A stretch of 64,000 nt of DNA, from positions 352,001 to 416,000 of the forward strand of contig CAVUVW010000014.1 of assembly GCA_963745035.1 (NCBI GenBank), written 5' to 3'. The notes under the pieces are model-generated. The model was not told where the DNA came from. It searched no databases and saw only the letters and a list, made by a program, of their open reading frames with translations. The position numbers were made by a program, and so were the translations under genes. The DNA is from an uncultured delta proteobacterium. GTDB lineage: Bacteria > Desulfobacterota > Binatia > UBA9968. Positions 56,759 to 64,000 of this stretch are shown here, in pieces. How positions within the stretch are numbered: position 1 is the first letter of the stretch; each line of letters begins with the position of its first letter.

Positions 56759-57859
56759 ATGAACGCAATGCCTTCGAAGTCTCTTTCCGACAATCCAAAA
56801 CCTGTCCCTTCGATAAACTCAGGGCAGGCTCTGAGCCATGCCGAAGGATCGGCAATCGAAAATCGAAAATTGGTGGGGATTGTTGCTCTCGCTGTCGCAT
56901 TCATAACGTGTGGGGCCTTGGCCACGGCGCAGCAGCCGAAGAAAGTCTCCCGAATAGGGTATCTTTCGAATACCGATGCAGCTACTGACTCCGCCCGCGC
57001 CGAGGGAATTCGGCTGGCTCTGCGCGAGCTTGGCTACATAGAAGGACAGAACATCGCCATCGAGTACCGATATGCGGAGGGGAAGGTCGATCGGGCTCCT
57101 GAGCATGCGGCGGAGCTTGTGCGTCTGAAGGTTGATATCATCGTGGTAGCGTCAGGGGACCCGTGGATCCGGGCGGCCAAGAATGCAACCAAGACGATTC
57201 CCATCGTCATGATGGGCCATAGGGTCCGATCCTGTTAGGGCAGGCTTCGTTGAAAGCCTTGCTCGTCCCGGCGGCAATGTCACCGGCCTCACAGCCCTTA
57301 CCAGAGAACTAGGCGGGAAGCGGCTGGAGCTGCTCAAAGAAGCGGTACCCAAACTTGCCCGTGTCGCGGTTCTCTACGATCCGGCCAATCCGCCCAGTGT
57401 ACGCGAGGTGAAAGAGGTTCTCCCAGTCGCGGCGCGTGCGCTGGGGTTGACTATTCAACCTTGGGAGGTACGAGCTGCGGGCGGTTTCGAGAGGGTATTT
57501 GCTGCGATAAACAAGGAGCGCCCGGATGGACTCTACTCGTTCGCCGCGGGCCCGGTAATGCGTCCTAACCAAAAACGAATCGTGGGCTTTGCGTTAAAGA
57601 GCCGGTTACCGTCGGTGTACAGCAGCAGAGAAGCTGTAGAGGCCGGCGGGCTCATGTCCTACGGCCGGGACCTCGCGGACAGCTACCGGCGCGTAGCCAC
57701 CTACGTGGACAAGATTCTGAAAGGCGCCAAGCCCGGCCGACCTGCCGGTGGAGCAGCCGACCAAGTTCGAGTTGGTGATCAATCTGAAAACAGCGAAGCA
57801 GATCGGCGCTGACGATTCCGCCGAACGTGCTGGCGAGGGCGGATAGGGTGATTCGCTAA
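56759..57859 (+). CDS. ABC_sub_bind-type SBP, copy 15; frameshifts, start uncertain
   Basis: Mature region is very similar to copy 8 ([19 protein letters not shown]). Confidence 0.82.
56800..56848. repeat. REP-like palindromic insert in the leader of SBP copy 15
   Basis: ccttcg...ctcag ggcaggct ctgag...cgaagg hairpin sits inside an AATCGAA/AATCCAA heptamer tract. Confidence 0.55.
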
Positions 57860-57892
57860 GCAGTGAAGGAGATGAAGAGATGATCGCAAGCA

Positions 57893-58345
57893 TTACGGAC
57901 CAGAAGGCGAACTGAGCTTGGCCTCGAGGGTGGCGACTTCTTTTACGACGAGCCAGTCCTCCGGATTAAGCACGCTTACCTGAGAACTATTAAAGTCCTT
58001 TGTGTTTCGAGTAATGAGATGATTCACGGAGACAGATTCAGCACTGGCGAGTTGAATGTTATCCTCGAAGTCGGTCCCGGCAGAGGTGAGCGCGCGGTCG
58101 AGAATGATTGGAGTCAGTGGAACCAGCTGAAGCCCTTTCAAGATCTCCCGCGCATCGGCGCGAGCAGTATTCTCATCGACGACGCGTCGCCTAAAGAAGT
58201 AGATCAAGGGGAGAGTAAGCGCCGAAGACCAACTCTCGATTTCTTGCGATCGGCGGGCCAAGTTAAGCACCCGGAGACTTTGGCTCCAACCGTTTCGTTT
58301 CGTCATCACGTCAATGAAGACATTAACGTCGATGAAGATTTTCAA
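57893..58345 (-). CDS. PIN-domain toxin (VapC-like)
   Basis: IFIDVNVFID, DFEDNIQ and LITRNTKDF. Confidence 0.88.
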   Translation of the reverse strand: MKIFIDVNVFIDVMTKRNGWSQSLRVLNLARRSQEIESWSSALTLPLIYFFRRRVVDENTARADAREILKGLQLVPLTPIILDRALTSAGTDFEDNIQLASAESVSVNHLITRNTKDFNSSQVSVLNPEDWLVVKEVATLEAKLSSPSGP

Positions 58346-58632
58346 TCCGTCAATCTCCGGGCGATGGACTCGCTAATAAGGGCTTTATCGTCTTGGACGG
58401 GATTTTCCGGATGGATTCCAACAAGCTTAAGAAGTTCGGGATCAATGGGCACATTGGGGCATTGCTTAGATACGGCGTCTCGGTCTGCTTTGGTTTGTCG
58501 CTGCTTTGCCTCATCCCGCTCTTTTTCTTCAAGCAGTGAGCGCAGTTGTCGTTCAAGGGCTCGCAGGGTGGCGACATCCTCGTCTCTCACAAGTTTAAGC
58601 AACTGGTCCAGTTCTTCCGCTGTCTTCCCCAT
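58342..58632 (-). CDS. Putative antitoxin of unrecognised family
   Basis: Small charged helical ORF overlapping the PIN gene start by 4 nt. Confidence 0.65.
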   Translation of the reverse strand: MGKTAEELDQLLKLVRDEDVATLRALERQLRSLLEEKERDEAKQRQTKADRDAVSKQCPNVPIDPELLKLVGIHPENPVQDDKALISESIARRLTD

Positions 58633-58696
58633 GATAAGTGGAATTATAGACAGTGGCGCGAGCAATGGTCAAGCCAATCGGCGACGATCACCGCAG

Positions 58697-58777
58697 ATCG
58701 CCCTGAAAACAGTGAAGCAGATCGAACTTGCAATCCCGCCGAATGTGCTGGCTCGGGCGGATAAGGTGATCAAGTGA
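58697..58777 (+). pseudogene. Orphan copy of the SBP 3' end
   Basis: [26 protein letters not shown]. Confidence 0.8.
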
Positions 58778-58820
58778 CACCAACGCAACAGGCATTAGAC
58801 ACTAGACAATAGAAAAAGAC

Positions 58821-59799
58821 ATGAAGAGAAAAATTATCGTCCTTGCGCTTTGCGCCGTGCTGTCATCGCTTGGCTTGTCCGCTGAGGCACAGCAGTCCGT
58901 GACGGTCCCCCGGATTGGGTTTCAATCCGCAGGTAGCAGGGAGGCCTGTTAGGAAGGAGTTTGTCCGTGGACTCCGTGATTTGGGATATGTGGAAGGACA
59001 AAACATCCTTATCGAGTGGCGATTTGCGGAAGGGAAACTCGATCAGGTCCCGCGCAACGCGGCGGAGCTAGTCCGCGCAAAGGTCGAAGTCATTGTTACT
59101 GGTGGTTCGACGGATACCCGTGCTGCCAAGGAAGCAACCAACACGATTCCCATTGTGATGGTCCAGGATAACGATCCTGTTGGGAGCGGGTTCGTCGCCA
59201 GCCTGGCGCGACCCGGCGGAAACATCACGGGATTGTCCACCCTTCGTGCGGAGACTAGTGGAAAACGGCTGGAGCTTTTGAAGGAGATTGTTCCTAAGCT
59301 TTCGCGCGTGGCGATTCTCGGGGACCTCAAGCAATCCAGGCAACGCCCAAGGACTAAAAGAGACGGAACTCGCTGCTTCAGCGTTCAAAATACAACTTCA
59401 ATACCTGAACGTACAAAAGTCTCAAGGATTTAGAGAGTGCATTTCGAGAGGTGCGCAAGGGAGCTGCTGACGCGGTTCTCGATCTGGGAGGCCCGGTATT
59501 AACCGTTCAGCGAAGAGCGCTTGTAGACCTCGCGGCAAAGAGCCGGCTCCCGATGATGTACGTCAGGCGAAGTTTGTCGAAGCGGGCGGCCTTATCAGCT
59601 ATGGCGTGAACCTTTCCGACCTACAGCGGCGCGCCGCTACCTATGTGGACAAGATTTTGAAAGGCGCCAAGCCCTGCTGAATTGCCAGTAGAGCAGCCGA
59701 CCAAGTTCGAGCTGTTCATTAATCTCAAAGACAGCGAAGCAGATCGGTCTGACGATTCCGCCGAATGTGCTGTCGCGGGCGGATCGGGTGATCAAATAA
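58821..59799 (+). CDS. ABC_sub_bind-type SBP, copy 16; several frameshifts
   Basis: Signal peptide at 58821 and collinear fragments with family motifs. Confidence 0.8.
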
Positions 59800-59850
59800 A
59801 CAGTGATCTGTGGTCAGTCGCCAGCGCTCAGCAAAAACATCGAACAAATC

Positions 59851-60834
59851 ATGAATAGAAAAATCTTTGGTACTTCACTGTGCGCTCTGCTCTTTGTGTT
59901 TAGCCCCTCAGTTGATGCGCAGCAGCCAGTCAAGGTCCCCCGAATAGGATTCCTGGGTTTTCCCTCCCCTTCCGCTAACGCGGCACGTAACGAAGCATTC
60001 CGTCAGGGTCTCCGCGAGCTCGGGTACGTGGAGGGGAAGAACATTGTCATTGAGTGGCGCTTTGCAGAAGGAAAACTGGATCGCGTTTCGGCTCTCGCGG
60101 CCGAGCTAGTCCGTCTCAAGGTAGATGTCATCGTCACCGGTGGTGCGGGTTCAACGCGTCCTGCCAACGAAGCGACGAATACGATTCCTATCGTAATGGC
60201 GCAGGATCCCGATCCGGTCGGAAATGGTTTCGTCGCCAGTCTTGCACGACCCGGCCGGAACATTACCGGATTGTCGACCCTTGCGCCGGAGCTAAGCGGC
60301 AAACAACTGGAGCTTCTGAAGGAGATCGCTGCAAAGCTCTCGCGCGTGGCCGTCCTTGGGACTTCAACCAGCCCGGCCAACGCACAATCGTTAAGAGAAG
60401 TGGAACTCGCCGCAGGCGCATTAAATGTGCAGCTGCAGTACCTAGACATACGAAGTCCGAATGATATTGAGCTCGCATTCCAGGAGGCGCGCAAGACGCG
60501 CGTTGACGCATTCCTCGCACTAATCGGACCTGTGCTTGCCAATCAGCGAACACAAATTGCGGACCTTGCGGTAAAGAGCCGGCTCCCGGCGATATATGGC
60601 CAGCCAGAATATGTGGAAGCCGGGGGACTCATGAGCTACGCCGTAAGCTTTACCGACTTGCACCGGCGCGCTGCCACGTATGTGGACAAGATTTTGAAGG
60701 GCGCCAAGCCCGCCGATCTCCCGGTGGAGCAGCCCACGAAATTCGAGTTGATCATCAATCTGAAAACCGCCAAGCAGATCGGACTCACCATTTCGCCGAA
60801 CTTGCTGGCGCGAGCGGACAGGGTGATCAAGTGA
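59851..60834 (+). CDS. ABC_sub_bind-type SBP, copy 17
   Basis: Family motifs. Confidence 0.9.
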   Translation: MNRKIFGTSLCALLFVFSPSVDAQQPVKVPRIGFLGFPSPSANAARNEAFRQGLRELGYVEGKNIVIEWRFAEGKLDRVSALAAELVRLKVDVIVTGGAGSTRPANEATNTIPIVMAQDPDPVGNGFVASLARPGRNITGLSTLAPELSGKQLELLKEIAAKLSRVAVLGTSTSPANAQSLREVELAAGALNVQLQYLDIRSPNDIELAFQEARKTRVDAFLALIGPVLANQRTQIADLAVKSRLPAIYGQPEYVEAGGLMSYAVSFTDLHRRAATYVDKILKGAKPADLPVEQPTKFELIINLKTAKQIGLTISPNLLARADRVIK

Positions 60835-61874
60835 CAGCAGTCATTGGTCAGCTATCAGCGGTCAGCAACTTACCGGAGACAAAACCCACGAACGAAATCT
60901 ATTCTTGTCTGGCTCCTGGCAACTATCTCTTCTGGCGACTGGCTCTTGTCGCCGAGGCGCAGCAGCCAACGAAAGTCCCGCGGATAGGATTTCTAGGCGC
61001 GTCCTCCGCCGCCGTTCTCGCGGCCCGCACCGAGGCATTCCGGCAAGGTCTGCGCGAGATTGGTTACGTGGAGGGAAAAAACATTATCATTGAGTGGCGA
61101 TCTGCTGAAGGGAAAACGGATCGTCTGCCTACGCTCGCGGCCGAGCTAGTGCGCCTCAAGGTAGACGTCATCGTGACAACTGGTCCGGCACCAACCCGTC
61201 CCGCCAAGGAAGCAACTTCCACGATTCCCATTGTCATGGCGTTTGATAATGACCCGGTTGGAAACGGGTTCGTCGCCAGCCTCGCGCGACCGGGAGGAAA
61301 CATTACTGGATTGTCCACCCTTGCCCCGGAGATAAGCGGAAAACAACTGGAGCTTCTGAAGGAGATCGTTCCTAGACTCTCCCGCGTGGCCGTCCTAGGG
61401 TCTTCGACCACCCCAGGCAACGCACAATCGTTAAAGGAAACAGAACTCGCCGCCGTGGCGCTCGCGGTACAGCTTCAATACGTAGACGTACGAGATCCCA
61501 AGGATATTGAGACTGCATTCCGAGCCGCAGGCAAGGCGCGTGCTGACTCTATCCTGGTGCTGACGAGCCCTGTCGTCAATCCTTATCGAAGAGAGATTGC
61601 AGGCCTCGCGGTAAAGAACCGGTTACCGGCGATATACTCGACCCCTGAATTTGTGAAAGACGGCGGGCTTATGACCTACGGCGTCAGCCTTACCGACTTG
61701 TACCGCCGTGCCGCTATCTATGTAGACAAAATTTTGAAAGGCGCTAAACCCGCGGATCTTCCCGTCGAGCAACCAACTAAGTTCGAACTCATCGTTAATC
61801 TGAAAGCGGCAAAGCAGATCGGCCTCACGATTCCGCCGAGCGTGCTCGCAAGAGCGGACAAAGTAATCAAATGA
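60831..61874 (+). CDS. ABC_sub_bind-type SBP, copy 18
   Basis: GTGA overlap with copy 17; family motifs. Confidence 0.9.
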   Translation: MTAVIGQLSAVSNLPETKPTNEIYSCLAPGNYLFWRLALVAEAQQPTKVPRIGFLGASSAAVLAARTEAFRQGLREIGYVEGKNIIIEWRSAEGKTDRLPTLAAELVRLKVDVIVTTGPAPTRPAKEATSTIPIVMAFDNDPVGNGFVASLARPGGNITGLSTLAPEISGKQLELLKEIVPRLSRVAVLGSSTTPGNAQSLKETELAAVALAVQLQYVDVRDPKDIETAFRAAGKARADSILVLTSPVVNPYRREIAGLAVKNRLPAIYSTPEFVKDGGLMTYGVSLTDLYRRAAIYVDKILKGAKPADLPVEQPTKFELIVNLKAAKQIGLTIPPSVLARADKVIK

Positions 61875-61984
61875 CTATAGGCGTGAGGACTCAGGTGATA
61901 GGCGACCTTACGGATGTCCATCAAAACGACCGTTAGTAGAATCGGCAGCATAGCGGCAAAGATGATAAGGTAGCAGCGTTCACT

Positions 61985-64000
61985 ATGCCCAACTGGAAAG
62001 ACAAAATTCGCAACTTCTTCTCATTGCGCAAAACCGGGGCGCGCCGGCGCGAGCGGTTGGTGCGCGAGTACTTTTTGATCTCCGTGGCGCTGATCGGCGG
62101 AGGATTGATCACGAGCGGGCTGATCGAGATCTACTACCGCTACCACGAGAGCCGCGATCAGCTCGCGCGCTTGCAAAAAGAGATCGCCGCGGGCGCTGCC
62201 TACAAGATCGAGCACTTCGTTCAAGAGATTCACAACATTCTCAAAGGCGCCACGAAAAGCCGCGACATCGCGCCAAAGGGTCTCACCGCCGATTTCCGCT
62301 TCGAGCTGGAAAAGCTGTTGTTGATCGCGCCGGCGGTCACCGAAGCGGTGGCGCTCAATGAAAACGGTTTGATCCAAGTTCAAGCTTCGCGCCTGCGCAC
62401 GGTATTGCCGGACGCTAAAAAAGATCTTTCAACCTCGGCGCCGTTTCAGCGCGCGCGGCAAGGCAAGTCCTTCTACGGGCCGGTCTATTTCGTGCGCGGC
62501 TCGGAACCCTACATGACGATCGCCGTCCCCATCGAGCGTTTTGCCGGCGACGTCATCGGCGTGCTGCAGGCGGAAGTGAATCTCAAATACATCGGCGACG
62601 TGGTTTCGAGCATCAGCATCGGCAAAGCGGGCTATGCCTATGCCGTGACCCGAGGGGGCGAGCTCATCGCCCACCCCGATATCAGCTTGGTCTTGCAGCG
62701 CCGCAGCGTCAGCCCGCTTCAGGTCGTAAAAGCCGCTTTCGAAAGCGCTCCCGGTCCCAACGCCCAAAACGCCATCGTCGCGGCGAATATTCAAGGGAAA
62801 GAGGTTCTGAGCTCCTTCGCGCTCATAAAAGACCTGGACTGGGCAGTCATCGTCGACCTGCCCGTCGAAGAAGCCTACGAAGCGCTCTACGCCTCCATCA
62901 TGCGCACCTCTACTTTGTTCTTGATCGGCCTCGGCATGTCGCTGATCGCGAGTTTTTTCCTCGCGCGCCGGGTCGTGCAACCGATGCGGGTCTTGCGCGA
63001 GGGCGTGGAGCGCATCGGCACCGGCGATCTCGGCTATCGTCTCGATCTCAAGACCGGCGATGAAATCGAAGTGCTGGCGGATGAGTTCAACAAGATGACC
63101 TCGCAGCTCCAGGAGTCCTACATAAACCTGGAGCAGAAAGTCGAAGACCGCACCCGTGAGCTGACCGAGTCTCTCGAGCAACAGACGGCCACGAGCGAGA
63201 TTTTAGGCGTCATCGCCAGCTCGCCCACCGACGTGCAGCCGGTCTTGGCGGTGGTCGCCGAAAACGCGGCGCGCTTGTGCGATGCCAGCGATGCACAGAT
63301 ACGTCTGGTCGAGAATGATGGGACGAAATTGGTCGCTTCGTTCGGTTCGACTCCGGCACCTGACTTTCGTCCGACCAACCCGCGCCACCCGTCTGGCCGC
63401 GCGATATTGGAACGACGAACGGTTCATGTCGAAGACCTCGCCGAAGCGGCAAAGACCGAGTTTGCAGACAGCCAGGAATTGCAGCAGCGCACGGGCACGC
63501 GAACCTTTCTTAGCACGCCGATGCTCAGGGAAGGAAACCCAATCGGTCTAATAAACATCCGGCGTACCGAAGTTCGGCCGTTCTCGGACAAACAAATCGC
63601 GCTGCTAAAAACCTTTGCCGATCAGGCGGTTATCGCCATCGAAAATGTGCGTCTGTTCCAGGAGATCCAGGATAAGAACCGCGAGCTCACAGAGTCATTG
63701 GAGCAGCAAACTGCAACGAGCCAGGTTTTGGGCGTTATCAGCAGCTCGCCGCGAGACCTGCAACCGGTGTTCGAAAGCCATGCTCGCCAACGCGACACGA
63801 TTGGGCAGCTCCGATTACGGCGCGATTTTTAGATTTGATGGGGAGGTTTTCAGCCTGACCACGGCTCAATATGTTTCGCCGCACATGACGGTATTGGCAG
63901 ACCGAACCTTTCCGCCGGATTCGACAACCGCCGTGGGCCGCGTCGGCCTGGAAAAAAAGATCGTGCACATCCCCGATGTTAGCGCCGATCCGAATTGGAA
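61985..64000 (+). CDS. Membrane sensor TM-dCache-TM-HAMP-GAF-GAF...; frameshift near 63775; runs off the window, output domain unseen
   Basis: Two TMs flank a Cache-like region ([20 protein letters not shown]). HAMP (GDL...[13 protein letters not shown]) and repeated EQQTATS...[14 protein letters not shown] units follow. Confidence 0.88.

Noticed and set aside
34088-61874. Diversity-generating retroelement or CRISPR as the explanation for the repeats
   Set aside because: There is no reverse transcriptase or cas gene. The repeated tail is conserved rather than A-specifically mutated, and there is no repeat-spacer periodicity.
35865-61951. Recurrent antisense ORFs ([20 protein letters not shown]...; [13 protein letters not shown]...)
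   Set aside because: They are the reverse-strand shadow of conserved SBP motifs, with variable starts and no independent evidence of coding.

Overview
GC-rich diderm bacterial window. Gene order and repeat style resemble Deltaproteobacteria/Candidatus Binatia (inference). Many essential genes carry single-base indels, most likely long-read assembly errors. 1-13 kb is a minus-strand housekeeping run: kdsB-pyrG-kdsA-kdsD-kdsC-lptCAB-rpoN-ptsN-rapZ-ptsH-metK-ahcY. 13-34 kb holds a large membrane diguanylate cyclase, orphan solute-binding proteins with a racemase and an amidohydrolase, two diiron-type proteins, yheT, putA, a TPP enzyme, and a redox cluster with an OsmC-family gene whose catalytic Cys codon is an in-frame UGA followed by a SECIS-like hairpin (probable selenoprotein). 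The main feature is at 34-62 kb: a co-oriented array of 18 paralogous ABC_sub_bind-type substrate-binding protein (SBP) genes with no permease or ATPase in the window. They have conserved C-termini and variable ligand-facing segments. The array is preceded by a sigma54-type promoter and ends at a Cache-HAMP-GAF-GAF membrane sensor. It is interspersed with cargo (two PIN toxin-antitoxin pairs, a retropepsin, an MBL hydrolase, three small YCH...C secreted proteins, one IS), orphan copies of the SBP 3' end and heptamer-repeat spacers. Together these suggest a recombination-built receptor repertoire for a signalling system.
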